Assembly (NCBI GenBank): GCA_036794405.1
Contig: DAIRGV010000001.1
Location: 44,550 to 108,549, forward strand
Reading direction: 5' to 3'
From: Candidatus Dormiibacterota bacterium
GTDB taxonomy: Bacteria > Chloroflexota > Dormibacteria > Dormibacterales > Dormibacteraceae
DNA length: 64,000 nucleotides
Shown here in pieces: positions 1 to 9,565 of this stretch. The notes under the pieces are model-generated. The model did no database searches, was not told where the DNA came from, and was given only the letters and a program-made list of their open reading frames with translations. Position numbers and translations under genes: made by a program. Numbering within the stretch: the first letter of the stretch is position 1; every line of letters begins with the position of its first letter.

Positions 1-779
1 ACAACGCCCTTGCCGTGATTCAGGTGCTTGACGAAGGCTACGATGCCGCCCTCGAAATAGAAGGTGTAGGAGTAAGCGAGTTGCTCGTCGTCGAGGATGA
101 TCTTGAGGCCCTTGTTGAGGAAGGCCATCTCGCGCAGTCGATGGGTGATCAGCTCCCGATCGAAGCTGGTGTCAGGGAACATCTGGCTGTCGGGCCAGAA
201 GCGGATCACAGTTCCCCGGTAGGAGCTCTTACCGACGGTCTGGACCGGAGATTGCGGCACGCCTCGGATGTAGCTCTGGTGGTACTCCTTGCCATCCCGG
301 TGGACATATGCCTCGAGCCGCTCGGAGAGAGCGTTCACCACCGACAGGCCGACGCCGTGGAGTCCGCCGGAGACCTTGTAGCCGCCGCCGCCGAACTTGC
401 CGCCGGCGTGGAGCACGGTCAGCACGATCTCGAGGGCGCTCCGGCCATCCTCCTTCTTGTCGACCGGGATGCCGCGACCGTCGTCGCGGACGGAAACGCT
501 GCCATCGGAGTGGAGGGTGACGAGAATCTCCGTGCAGTAGTTCGCCAGGGCCTCGTCAACCGAGTTGTCGACGATCTCCCAGACCAGGTGGTGAAGGCCC
601 CGGTTGTCGGTCGAACCGATGTACATGCCGGGACGCCGCCGGACCGGCTCCAGGCCCTCCAGGACCTGGATCTGCTCGGCGGTGTAGGCAACGTCGGCGC
701 CCAGAGGTCGGGGGCGGATCGAGCGGCCGTCCCGAGGGGACGTGCCGGGCTCCCGATCGTTCGCCGCAGGCTTACTCAT
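1..779 (-). CDS. gyrB: DNA gyrase subunit B, N-terminal fragment (gene continues past the left edge)
   Basis: Absent from the ORF track because it runs off the edge. Minus-strand ATG at 779 is preceded by GGAGG. Hand translation [10 protein letters not shown]...[27 protein letters not shown]...[16 protein letters not shown]...[19 protein letters not shown] is the GyrB GHKL ATPase N-terminus. The listed + ORF 15..830 is its antisense shadow. Confidence 0.9.
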   Translation of the reverse strand, partial: MSKPAANDREPGTSPRDGRSIRPRPLGADVAYTAEQIQVLEGLEPVRRRPGMYIGSTDNRGLHHLVWEIVDNSVDEALANYCTEILVTLHSDGSVSVRDDGRGIPVDKKEDGRSALEIVLTVLHAGGKFGGGGYKVSGGLHGVGLSVVNALSERLEAYVHRDGKEYHQSYIRGVPQSPVQTVGKSSYRGTVIRFWPDSQMFPDTSFDRELITHRLREMAFLNKGLKIILDDEQLAYSYTFYFEGGIVAFVKHLNHGKGV

Positions 780-868
780 GGACACCTCCTTCGGCCGACA
801 GCCGAAAGGGCGTGTCGCAGCAAGACGTAGGGTTTGACAAGTTCCAGTCTACCACATGGAGGGGCCTT

Positions 869-888
869 GGCCCCCCTTAAGGGGGGCC
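869..888. terminator. GC-rich perfect hairpin between gcvPB and gyrB (possible factor-independent terminator)
   Basis: GGCCCCCC-TTAA-GGGGGGCC, an 8-bp stem about 15 nt downstream of the gcvPB stop codon on the minus strand. There is no U-tract, so terminator function is tentative. Confidence 0.35.
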
Positions 889-902
889 AGCGCCCCCGCC
901 GC

Positions 903-2357
903 CTAATCAGCAGGCGGCGGTCTCCAGCGAAGCACCGGGTTGCGAGCGGCGGCGACCTCGTCGAGGCGCCCGACGGGCAGGCTCGCAGGCTCCCGACGAA
1001 GTCGGTCGGGATCATCCTGCGCCAGCTGCACGATTTCGCGAACAGCGGCAGTAAAGGCGTCCAGCGTCGCCTTCGACTCGGTCTCGGTCGGCTCCACCAT
1101 CACCGCCTCCGGCACGATCAGCGGGAAGTAGATGGTCGGCGCGTAAAAGCCCCGTTCGAGCAGACCCTTGGCGAGGTCGAGCGCCTTGATCCCGTTAGGT
1201 AGCCCGCGCGCCGAGGCGACGAACTCGTGCTTACAAGGTGGCGGCTGCGGAAACTCGAGCACGTCCTCGAGGCCCTTGCGCACGTAGTTCGCCGCCAGCA
1301 CGGCGTCTTTGGAAGCCTGGGTCAGCCCGTCGCCCCCCATCGCCAGGATGTAGGTCAGGGCGCGAACCAGCATCCCGAAGTTGCCGTAGAAGCTGCGGAC
1401 GCGGCCGATCGACCTCGGTCGATCGAAATCGAGGCTGAAGCGGCCGTCCGACCGGCCGACGAGGGGCACCGGAAGGAAGGGCTCCAGCTCCGCCTTGACA
1501 CCGACTGGGCCGGCGCCCGGGCCGCCGCCACCGTGGGGAGTCGTGAATGTCTTGTGAAGGTTCAGGTGCACGACGTCGAAACCCATGTCCCCCGGCCGGC
1601 AGATTCCCATCAGGGCGTTGAGGTTGGCCCCGTCGTAGTAGAGCTTGGCGCCGACGCCGTGGACCATCTCAGCGATCGGCAAGATGTCCTTCTCGAAGGT
1701 CCCGACGGTGTTCGGATTGGTCAGCATCAGGGCCGCCGTACGCTCGCTCAGCTTGGATTCCAGGTCGGGCAGGCTCACCCGACCGTCGGGCGCCGACCTC
1801 ACCTCGACCACCTTGAAGCCACAGAGGGCGGCGCTGGCGGGGTTGGTCCCGTGCGCACTGTCCGGGACGAGCACCTCGCCCCGCTCGTCCCCGCGGTCCT
1901 CGTGGAAGGCCTGGATCATCCGCAGCCCGGCCCACTCGCCGTGCGCCCCCGCAGCCGGCTGGAGGCTCATCCGGTCCATCCCAACCACCTGGCAGAGAGC
2001 CCGCTCGAGATCCCACATCAATTCCAGGGCGCCCTGGACGGTTTCCTCCGGCTGGTAGGGGTGGAGCAGCGCGAAGCCGGGCAGCGAAGCAGCCACTTCG
2101 TTCACCACCGGGTTGTACTTCATGGTGCAGCTGCCGAGCGGGTAGAAGTTCTTCGAGATGGAGTAGTTCATCGCGCCGAGCCGGCTGAAATGGCGCATCA
2201 ACTCCGGCTCGCTGATCCGGGGAAGCCCGGGTGGATGCTTGCGGAGGACACCACGGGGCAGAACCGCGGCAGGGTCGACAGCCGGAACGCCGGCGGCGGG
2301 CAGGCGTGGCCCGGGAAGGGAATCACGGCTCTTCTCGAAGGCGAGCGACTCCGTCAT
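903..2357 (-). CDS. gcvPB: glycine dehydrogenase (decarboxylating) subunit 2
   Basis: ORF 903..2411 trimmed to ATG 2357, which makes an ATGA overlap with the gcvPA stop. Contains NYSISKNFYPLGSCTMKYNP and the PLP-enzyme core, and follows gcvT-gcvH-gcvPA. Confidence 0.9.
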   Translation of the reverse strand: MTESLAFEKSRDSLPGPRLPAAGVPAVDPAAVLPRGVLRKHPPGLPRISEPELMRHFSRLGAMNYSISKNFYPLGSCTMKYNPVVNEVAASLPGFALLHPYQPEETVQGALELMWDLERALCQVVGMDRMSLQPAAGAHGEWAGLRMIQAFHEDRGDERGEVLVPDSAHGTNPASAALCGFKVVEVRSAPDGRVSLPDLESKLSERTAALMLTNPNTVGTFEKDILPIAEMVHGVGAKLYYDGANLNALMGICRPGDMGFDVVHLNLHKTFTTPHGGGGPGAGPVGVKAELEPFLPVPLVGRSDGRFSLDFDRPRSIGRVRSFYGNFGMLVRALTYILAMGGDGLTQASKDAVLAANYVRKGLEDVLEFPQPPPCKHEFVASARGLPNGIKALDLAKGLLERGFYAPTIYFPLIVPEAVMVEPTETESKATLDAFTAAVREIVQLAQDDPDRLRREPASLPVGRLDEVAAARNPVLRWRPPPAD

Positions 2358-3682
2358 CGGCAGTTCTCCACCAGCTCGTCGAGCGCCGCCGGATCGTTCA
2401 GTTCGGTGCAACAGAAGATCAGCACTCCTTCCAGTTCGGGGAACCAGCGGCCGGCGTCGAGTCCGCCCAGGATGCCCCTCTCGGCCAGCCGCGCCAGAAC
2501 CTGCTCTGGGTGCTTCGCGCGAAGCGGGAACTCGTTGGCGAAGGGCGCGCCGGGGAAGGCCGGCTCGAAGCCCGGAAGGTCCGTCAGCCGCTGGGCCAAG
2601 TAATGCGCCCGGCTCAGGCTGGTGGTAGCGATCGACCGCAGACCGTCGGGGCCCATGTAGCTGAGGTAGACGGTGGCCCCGAGGGCGCAGAGGGCGTGAT
2701 TGGTGCAGATGTTCGAGGTCGCCTTCTCGCGCCGAATGTGCTGCTCGCGCGCCTGCAGAGTCAGCACGAAACCGCGCCGGCCGCGCGCGTCGGCCGCCTG
2801 CCCGACGAGCCGGCCGGGCAGGCGTCGGACGAGCTCGTTGCGGCAGGCCATGAAGCCAACGTGCGGGCCGCCATAGCTCGGAGCGAGCCCCAGCTGCTGT
2901 CCTTCCCCGACCGCGATGTCGGCGCCGTAGTCGCCGGGAGCCGCCAGCAGCGAAAGGCTGATCGGATCGACACAGGCGATCGCGAGCGACCCGTGGGCGT
3001 GGGCCGCGGCGGTGAGAGCCTCCGGGTCTTCCACCAGGCCAAGGAAGTTCGGCTGCTGGAAGATGACCGCGGCGAGGCCATCGTGGAGCTCGGCCTCGAG
3101 ATCGTCGGCGTTCACCACACCGTCTCGCGGAGCGTGATGTAAAACGTGGAACTTTCGGCCCTTGGCAAACCCGCGGAGGGTCTCCTCGTACTCGGGATGA
3201 AGGTAACCGGCGACAAGCACCCTGTCGCGGCCCGTCTGCACCACAGCCATCATCGCCGCCTCGGCGACTGCCGTCGCGCCGTCATAGAGCGAGGCGTTGG
3301 CGGCGTCCATGGCGGTGAGCTGGGCGATCATCGTCTGGTACTCGAAAATCGCCTGCAGCCAGCCCTGGCTCGCCTCCGGCTGATATGGCGTGTAGGCGGT
3401 GTAGAACTCGCCCTTCCCGGTGACCGCCGACACGGCGGCCGGAATGAATCGGCGGTAGACACCCCCGCCACGAAAGGTCAGCCGGTCCTCGAAGACCCGG
3501 TTGCGTCCGGCGAGGGAGCGGATGCGACCGATCGCCTCTGGCTCACTCAGTCCGTCCGGCAGGTCCAGCCGCGACACCCGCAACTTGCTCGGGATATCGG
3601 CCAGGAGCGGTTCCATCGAGTCGGCCCCGATTGCAGCCAGCATCGCCGTCCGGTCCTCCGGCGAATGGACCAGGTAGGGCAT
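2354..3682 (-). CDS. gcvPA: glycine dehydrogenase (decarboxylating) subunit 1
   Basis: 442 aa with FYTAYTPYQPEASQGWLQAIFEYQTMI, typical of GcvP subunit 1. Abuts the gcvH stop. Confidence 0.9.
   Translation of the reverse strand: MPYLVHSPEDRTAMLAAIGADSMEPLLADIPSKLRVSRLDLPDGLSEPEAIGRIRSLAGRNRVFEDRLTFRGGGVYRRFIPAAVSAVTGKGEFYTAYTPYQPEASQGWLQAIFEYQTMIAQLTAMDAANASLYDGATAVAEAAMMAVVQTGRDRVLVAGYLHPEYEETLRGFAKGRKFHVLHHAPRDGVVNADDLEAELHDGLAAVIFQQPNFLGLVEDPEALTAAAHAHGSLAIACVDPISLSLLAAPGDYGADIAVGEGQQLGLAPSYGGPHVGFMACRNELVRRLPGRLVGQAADARGRRGFVLTLQAREQHIRREKATSNICTNHALCALGATVYLSYMGPDGLRSIATTSLSRAHYLAQRLTDLPGFEPAFPGAPFANEFPLRAKHPEQVLARLAERGILGGLDAGRWFPELEGVLIFCCTELNDPAALDELVENCR
3137..3153. other. parS-like AT-rich motif, site 1 (ATGTAAAACGTGGAACT)
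   Basis: Read directly. Lies inside gcvPA, where the reverse strand encodes K-F-H-V-L-H with TTC CAC GTT TTA CAT. Confidence 0.6.
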
Positions 3683-4054
3683 CTAGTGATCCGCCGCGGC
3701 GGACGCGACGTACTCGCTCTCGCTCATCAAACCCTCCGGCTCGCCGTCGACCTCGAGCCTGATCAACCAACCGCCGCCGTAGGGGTCGGAGTTCACCAGC
3801 TCCGGGTGCTGGGTCAGCAGCTCATTCACCTCGACCACGGTTCCGGCAGCGGGCGCGTAGAGATCCGAGGCCGCCTTCACCGATTCGATCACTCCGAATG
3901 AGTCGCCCCGGGCCAGCTTTGCTCCCTTCGCCGGAAGCTCGAGGAAGACCACGTCGCCGAGCTGGGCCTGGGCGAAATCAGTGATCCCAATCGTCGCCGT
4001 CCGGCCATCGAGAGCGACCCACTCATGGGTCGCCGTGTACTTCCTTTCTGCCAC
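3683..4054 (-). CDS. gcvH: glycine cleavage system protein H
   Basis: Last 123 codons of ORF 3683..4531. GTG at 4054 is preceded by AAGGAGGG. Lipoyl-lysine region [15 protein letters not shown]. Confidence 0.9.
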   Translation of the reverse strand: MAERKYTATHEWVALDGRTATIGITDFAQAQLGDVVFLELPAKGAKLARGDSFGVIESVKAASDLYAPAAGTVVEVNELLTQHPELVNSDPYGGGWLIRLEVDGEPEGLMSESEYVASAAADH

Positions 4055-4070
4055 TGATCCCTCCTTGCAG

Positions 4071-5186
4071 TCAGCTCTTGGACGCGGTCGGCGACTTGAC
4101 CGAACCGCGGTAAATCGGCAGCCCGACGATCTCGGCTGCCCCCCTTCGCCCGCGGATGTCGAATTCAACCATCTCACCGAGCTTGCCGGTCCCCGCGTCG
4201 AGCGAGGCCATCGCCACGCCCTGGTCGAGGAAGAACGACCACGTCCCGCTGGTGACTGTGCCGATCGGGATCCCGCCCTGCAGCACGGCACTGCCGTGGC
4301 GCGGGATGTTCCGGTCGGTGGCCTTGAGCCCGACCATCCGCCTCCGCGGCCCGGCCTCCCTGGCTCGGGCCAGTGCTTCGGAGCCGACGAATTGACCCTT
4401 GGCGAGCTTGACCGTCCACCCGAGGCCGGCGTCGAAGGGGTTGGTCGACTCATCCATGTCATTTCCGTAGAGGCGCAGCCCGGCCTCCAGCCGGCAGGCA
4501 TCGCGGGCTCCCAGCCCACAGGGCAGAACACCCGCCTCGCGGCCGGCCGCCAAAACCGCTCGCCAGACCTCGACGGCGTGCTCCGCCGGCAGGAAGAGCT
4601 CGAAGCCGTCCTCGCCGGTATAGCCCGTGCGTGAGATCAGCACTGCCACCCCGTCGATCTCGCCCTGCCCGAACCCGAAATAGGGGACCGAGTCGAGGTC
4701 GAGGTCGCCCGCCGGCAAGAGCGACGCGGCCTTCGGGCCCTGGAGGGCGATCAGGCTGACGTCGTGAGTCCGGTCGTCGAGGGTCACGCCCGGGGGCAGA
4801 TGGGCGCGCATCCAGGCGACGTCCTTCTCCCGGTTGGAGGCGTTGACGACAAGCAGGAAGTCGTCCTCGGCGCGGCGGTAGATGACGAGGTCGTCGAGGA
4901 TGCCACCGTCCTGGCGGCAGAGCAGGGTGTATTGCGCCCGCCCCGGCTCGACCTGGCTCACGTCGTTGGTGAGCATTCCCTGGAGAAAGTCGAAAGCGGC
5001 CCGGCCCCGGACGTCGAGGCGACCCATGTGGCTGAGGTCGAAAAGTCCAGCGACCTTCCTGACCGCGAGGTGCTCATCGCGGATCGAGGTGTACTGCTGG
5101 GGCAAGTCCCAACCCCCGAAGTCAACCATCCGGCCGCCGAGCGCGAGGTGCTCGGCGTGGAGGGCCGTGCGCTCAGTTGCTGCCAA
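4071..5186 (-). CDS. gcvT: aminomethyltransferase (glycine cleavage T protein)
   Basis: [23 protein letters not shown] and [13 protein letters not shown] motifs. The start is placed at TTG 5186 (alternative CTG 5192). The upstream part of ORF 4071..5453 overlaps the preceding gene. Confidence 0.85.
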   Translation of the reverse strand: MAATERTALHAEHLALGGRMVDFGGWDLPQQYTSIRDEHLAVRKVAGLFDLSHMGRLDVRGRAAFDFLQGMLTNDVSQVEPGRAQYTLLCRQDGGILDDLVIYRRAEDDFLLVVNASNREKDVAWMRAHLPPGVTLDDRTHDVSLIALQGPKAASLLPAGDLDLDSVPYFGFGQGEIDGVAVLISRTGYTGEDGFELFLPAEHAVEVWRAVLAAGREAGVLPCGLGARDACRLEAGLRLYGNDMDESTNPFDAGLGWTVKLAKGQFVGSEALARAREAGPRRRMVGLKATDRNIPRHGSAVLQGGIPIGTVTSGTWSFFLDQGVAMASLDAGTGKLGEMVEFDIRGRRGAAEIVGLPIYRGSVKSPTASKS

Positions 5187-5832
5187 ATTCAGCCTCGCCG
5201 AGCAGGTCGGTGACCTCCTCCGGCTCGACGTAGAGGAGCAGCTCCTCGTCGTGGACGCGCCGCGCCTCCTCGACCACGGCCCGGACGTGCTCGGTCCGCT
5301 CCTCCGACCACTCCAGCCGCGTTCCGATCTCGGCCGCCGTGGGCGCCCGATGCAACTCCCGAGCGAGCGCCATCTCGACCCGGTCATAATCCGCCGACGC
5401 CTCCAGGAGCAGCCTCTCCTGGTGGACCGAACCCTGCTCGGCCACGATCCCATCCTCCATCGCGAGCGCCGCCTGTGCGGTCAGAAAGCGGTCGACATCG
5501 GCCTCACCCGAGGCGGGGAAGGCGCGGATGCCGGCGAGCAGCCCCACCGAACCCTCCTGGAAGAGATCCCCGATCGAGAGCCCGCGACCGCTCTTGGTCC
5601 GGGCGAGAGGGAGGACCATTTCGAGACGAGTCTCAAGAAGGCGGGCGACGGCTCCTTCGTCGGAACCTCGCCGAATCCTGTCCAGGAGCGTCTTTTCTTC
5701 GCCGGGACGCAGCGGAAGGACCCGCCCCACCTCGGCAGCCAGCGCTTCGAGCTCGGTTGCGGAAGTCTCCTGGCCTGGAGTCGTGGCCTGCCGCGGCGCT
5801 CCGGGCCGCTGGGAGGCGGGCTCGGGCGACAT
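5173..5832 (-). CDS. sigma-70-like protein with regions 2 and 3 but no recognisable region 4
   Basis: EEKTLLDRIRRGSDEG...GLSIGDLFQEGSVGLLAGIRAF resembles sigma regions 1.2-2.2. ELHRAPTAAEIGTRLEWSEERTEHV resembles region 3. The protein ends about 40 aa later without an HTH. Confidence 0.55.
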   Translation of the reverse strand: MSPEPASQRPGAPRQATTPGQETSATELEALAAEVGRVLPLRPGEEKTLLDRIRRGSDEGAVARLLETRLEMVLPLARTKSGRGLSIGDLFQEGSVGLLAGIRAFPASGEADVDRFLTAQAALAMEDGIVAEQGSVHQERLLLEASADYDRVEMALARELHRAPTAAEIGTRLEWSEERTEHVRAVVEEARRVHDEELLLYVEPEEVTDLLGEAEFGSN

Positions 5833-5933
5833 CGCCGGCTAATTGTACCGGCCTCCTGAGGACCGCCCGGGATCGCCCGGCCTCGTGCGCCGCGACGCCG
5901 CATATACTCGGCGCACTGCCCAACCTTCCTTCC

Positions 5934-6974
5934 TTGATCACCTGGCAGGACGAGCTGACCGCCCTCGCGCCGGCGCCCGCCGCGGTGATCGCCAACCTCG
6001 CGGGGCGCCGGCGTTGGGCCTGGTTCTCCAACCTCACCATTGCCGGCGGGTCGATCCTCCTGGTTGGGGCCTCCGGCCTCTACAACCTGGTCCTCGCCCT
6101 GCTCGCCCACCAGCCCGCACTCCCCGCCGGGATCGTGCTCCTGGCCGCGGCCCTTGCCGCGCCGGTCCTCTGGAGAGCTCCCCGCCGGCTCCTCGCCAGA
6201 GTCCTGCCCTTCGATCCTGAAAGCGCGCCGGCTCTGCTGGCGTTGGTGGCCGTGATCCTGGTGGTGGGTGTTCAGGCGAGCTACCAGGCCGGTCATGACG
6301 CCCTCGCCGCCGTCAGTCGGTCTTCCCAGCTGCAGCCGGTCGACGTCCTCGGCCAGGAGATCCCGATCCTGATCCTGGCGCTGCTCGGCGTGGGACTCTT
6401 CACCCGCCGCGGCTTGTCGGCGTCCCTCGAACGGCTCGGGGTGGTGCGCCCGGCGGCCTGGCAGATCCTCTTTGCGCTGGCGGTCGCCGGCCTCTTCATC
6501 GCCATCAGCCAGGGGGCCGAGAGCCTCCAACGAGAAATCGACCCGGGGCTCGCCCACCGCCTGGAACAGTCGACATCGCACTATTACGGGGGCATCAACG
6601 GGCCTTACGCCATCGTCGTCATCGCCCTCGCCCCCGGGATCGCCGAGGAGCTCTTCTTCCGGGGCGCGCTCCAGCCCCGACTCGGGATCCTTGTCGCCGC
6701 GCTTGCGTTTGCGGCCGTCCATACGCAGTACGCCATCACCGTCGACACCCTGCTCGTCTTCACCCTCGGCTGCGGGCTGGGCCTGCTGCGCAAGTGGCTC
6801 AACACCTCCGCCGCAATCACGAGCCACGCCGCCTACAACGCGCTCGCCGGCCTCGGCATCCCGGGATTGCTTCTGCCCTGGGCGATCGCGGGCGAGGTCC
6901 TCCTCACGATCGCGGCGGTCGCACTCTGGTTGATCGGCCGCAAGTCTTCCCCTGAATTCTCCGAAACTCCTTAA
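5934..6974 (+). CDS. CPBP family (CAAX-type) intramembrane metalloprotease
   Basis: IAEELFFRGALQP, FAAVHTQY and SHAAYNA motifs plus multiple hydrophobic segments. Start is TTG 5934 or GTG 5985. The earlier part of ORF 5475..6974 overlaps the divergent gene. Confidence 0.75.
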   Translation: MITWQDELTALAPAPAAVIANLAGRRRWAWFSNLTIAGGSILLVGASGLYNLVLALLAHQPALPAGIVLLAAALAAPVLWRAPRRLLARVLPFDPESAPALLALVAVILVVGVQASYQAGHDALAAVSRSSQLQPVDVLGQEIPILILALLGVGLFTRRGLSASLERLGVVRPAAWQILFALAVAGLFIAISQGAESLQREIDPGLAHRLEQSTSHYYGGINGPYAIVVIALAPGIAEELFFRGALQPRLGILVAALAFAAVHTQYAITVDTLLVFTLGCGLGLLRKWLNTSAAITSHAAYNALAGLGIPGLLLPWAIAGEVLLTIAAVALWLIGRKSSPEFSETP

Positions 6975-7023
6975 CAACGGCGGTAGCCAGGGCCTCCGGC
7001 CGGCGGTAGAATTCGTTTCAATC

Positions 7024-7860
7024 ATGCAGGCGGCGAGTGGACTGGCACAAGATGTTCGGGATAAGCAACGACTGGAGCCCAAGATCTTGAGGCCAGCGCT
7101 GGAAACGCGAATTGTCGCGATCGTCAATCAAAAGGGCGGAGTGGGAAAGACCACCACCGCCATCAATCTCGCGGCCGCAATGGCCGAGTTGGGGCGCCAG
7201 GTCGTGCTGATCGACCTCGACCCGCAGGGGAACAGCACCAGCGGGCTGGGTTTCGACGTCCGCCGCCAGCGCCTCACCGTCTACCAATTGCTCAGCGGCG
7301 AAGCGGTGATCGACGACGTCGCGATCCCGACCGCCGTGCCCGGCCTCCATCTCGTCCCCTCCGACCTGTCCCTCGCCGGAGCCGAGATCGAGTTGGCCAC
7401 CCAGCCGGAGCGGGAGTTCCGTCTCCGCCGGGCTCTGGGCGAGCTCGGCGGGGGCTTCGGCCACGTCATCATCGACTGCCCGCCCTCGCTCGGGCTCCTG
7501 ACCCTCAATGCGCTCACCGCCGCTCACGAAGTGCTGGTGCCGATGCAATGCGAGTTCTTCGCCCTCGAGGGACTGGGCAACCTTGTGTACACGATCGCCC
7601 TCATCCGCCAGCGGCTGAACCCAGAGCTGCGCCTGAGCGGAATCCTCATGACCCAGTTCGACGCCCGAACGACGGTGGCCTGGGAAGTGATCGACCAGGT
7701 CCGTCGCGCCTACCCGGCCGAGGTCTTCGCGACACTCATCCCACGCAACGTGCGCCTCAGTGAGGCGCCCAGCCACGGCCAGCCGATAACCGCTTACGAC
7801 CCGAGCTGCAAGGGGGCGATCGCCTATCGCGAGCTCGCCAAGGAGGTACTCGCGCGATGA
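7024..7860 (+). CDS. parA: chromosome partitioning ATPase ParA/Soj
   Basis: Deviant Walker A IVNQKGGVGKTTTAINLA and DLDPQGN. ATGA overlap with parB. Confidence 0.9.
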   Translation: MQAASGLAQDVRDKQRLEPKILRPALETRIVAIVNQKGGVGKTTTAINLAAAMAELGRQVVLIDLDPQGNSTSGLGFDVRRQRLTVYQLLSGEAVIDDVAIPTAVPGLHLVPSDLSLAGAEIELATQPEREFRLRRALGELGGGFGHVIIDCPPSLGLLTLNALTAAHEVLVPMQCEFFALEGLGNLVYTIALIRQRLNPELRLSGILMTQFDARTTVAWEVIDQVRRAYPAEVFATLIPRNVRLSEAPSHGQPITAYDPSCKGAIAYRELAKEVLAR

Positions 7861-8708
7861 TGGGAACCAAGCGACATGGTCTCGGTCGAGGGCTCGAGGC
7901 GCTCATCCCGCTGCCAACCGACCGGCGGGAATCGGGCGTGCCACAGTTGATTGCCATCGACCAGATCCGGCCTTCGGACCAGCAGATGCGCCGCACCTTC
8001 GATTCGGAGGCGCTGCGGGAGCTGGCCGAATCGATCCGAAGCCACGGGTTGCTCCAACCGGTGCTGGTGCGGCGCCTCGCCGACGGCTACCAGCTATTGG
8101 CAGGAGAGAGGCGCTGGCGAGCCGCGCGGCTGGCGGGCTTGGATCGTGTACCCGCGCTTGTCCGCGAAGAGCCGGATGAGGCCGAGCGCCTCTTGCTGGG
8201 GCTGATCGAGAACCTCCAGCGCGAGAACCTGAACTCGATCGAGGAGGCGCACGGCCTGCGCATCCTGTCGGACCAGTTCCATCTGACCCAGGAAGAGATC
8301 GCGGCGCGGCTGGGGAGGAATCGAGTCTCGGTCACACAGTCCCTGCGGCTGCTCACCGCCTGCCCGGCGGTCCAGTCGGCGGTGGCGGGTGGATCGTTGA
8401 GCGCCGGACACGCCCGCGCCCTGGTTGGTCTGCCCGGTTTCCAGGACCAAGAGCACGGATTGAAGGTGGTGCTTTCTCGGCGGCTCTCGGTTCGGCAGAC
8501 GGAGGCTTGGGTGAAGCGCTACGTTCCTCCCCGGCCACGAATCCCAGCCGCCTCGTCTCACTCGGCGCTCGAGAAGCTGGCGTCTGACCTGCAGGCGGCC
8601 CTGGGCGTTGACGTCAAGCTGACCGGAAGCCTGCGACGCGGCCGGCTCGTCCTCGGATTCAACTCCAAGGAAGAGCTCCAGAGGCTTTACGACAAGCTGA
8701 CAAGCTAG
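7857..8708 (+). CDS. parB: chromosome partitioning protein ParB/Spo0J
   Basis: GERRWRAA arginine/CTP box and HTH LTQEEIAARLGRNRVSVTQSLRLL. Lies downstream of parA. Confidence 0.9.
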   Translation: MMGTKRHGLGRGLEALIPLPTDRRESGVPQLIAIDQIRPSDQQMRRTFDSEALRELAESIRSHGLLQPVLVRRLADGYQLLAGERRWRAARLAGLDRVPALVREEPDEAERLLLGLIENLQRENLNSIEEAHGLRILSDQFHLTQEEIAARLGRNRVSVTQSLRLLTACPAVQSAVAGGSLSAGHARALVGLPGFQDQEHGLKVVLSRRLSVRQTEAWVKRYVPPRPRIPAASSHSALEKLASDLQAALGVDVKLTGSLRRGRLVLGFNSKEELQRLYDKLTS

Positions 8709-8711
8709 GCT

Positions 8712-8727
8712 TGTTCCACGTTTACAT
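8712..8727. other. parS-like AT-rich motif, site 2 (TGTTCCACGTTTACAT, one T shorter than the other copies)
   Basis: Read directly. Starts 4 nt after the parB stop codon (TAG 8706-8708). Confidence 0.6.
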
Positions 8728-8775
8728 TGATCAGGGGCGTGCCGCGCGCCGTCCTCGGCCAAAGGTTTCGCGCCG

Positions 8776-9420
8776 GTGAGGGATACGAAGCAACTACCGC
8801 CCACGGAGGCCTCCCAGCGCTTGCAACCGGCCCGCTCTTTTGTGATCGAGCTCGGCGAGATCGTCCTTCTTGCGATCGGGCTCTACATCGTCATCACCTT
8901 CGCGATCCAGACGGTGCACGTGATCGGCTACTCGATGCTGCCGACCCTCAACGACAACGACTACGTGCTGGCCACCAAGATCGACCTGCGGTTCAGCACC
9001 CCTTCCCGAGGCGACATCGTGATCCTCAAGGACCCTTTCGACAGCTCGCAGGACTTCGTCAAGCGAGTGATCGCGTTGCCGGGCGAGCGGCTTCGAATCA
9101 CCAGCGGCCAGGTGTTCATCAACGGGCATCTGCTGCGCGAGCCATACCTGCCCAAAAACGACCCCTGGGTCAGTTCCAACAACTGGCCGGCCGACTCCAC
9201 TGACCCGGCTGGCGCTTTGATTCCGGCGGGCCATTACTTCGTGATGGGTGACAACCGGAACCATTCGAGCGACTCCCGTGTATTCGGGCCGATCTCACTC
9301 AACCAGATCGAGTCGCGGGCCTGGATTCGTCTCCTGCCACTCGACAAGGCCGGACCGGTGGTCCAGCGCGCAACCCTGGTCGCCGCGGCTGATCCGGCCG
9401 ACCGTCGCCGGGCGGCGTAG
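8776..9420 (+). CDS. lepB: signal peptidase I
   Basis: GYSMLPTL (catalytic Ser box), VKRVIALPGE (Lys box) and GDNRNHSSDSR. Confidence 0.9.
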   Translation: MRDTKQLPPTEASQRLQPARSFVIELGEIVLLAIGLYIVITFAIQTVHVIGYSMLPTLNDNDYVLATKIDLRFSTPSRGDIVILKDPFDSSQDFVKRVIALPGERLRITSGQVFINGHLLREPYLPKNDPWVSSNNWPADSTDPAGALIPAGHYFVMGDNRNHSSDSRVFGPISLNQIESRAWIRLLPLDKAGPVVQRATLVAAADPADRRRAA

Positions 9421-9565
9421 CCACACCCAGTCGATCCGGCGCGGGTGATGACGCGGAGGCTCAGGAATGTTGTTTCCGCGCCCGTTCCTCCGGGATCTCC
9501 TCCTGCTACTGGTTCCGGCGAGCTCGCCGAACCCATCCCTTGGAGGACCCGGCCCGGGTCGAGGG

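Noticed and set aside
15-830. 271-aa + strand ORF at the left edge
   Set aside because: It is the antisense shadow of gyrB. The minus-strand translation is an unmistakable GyrB N-terminus, while the + strand product is low-complexity.
5833-5933. Possible glycine riboswitch ahead of the gcv operon
   Set aside because: The spacer is only about 100 nt, is shared with a divergent promoter, and lacks the conserved glycine-riboswitch core as far as I can see by eye.
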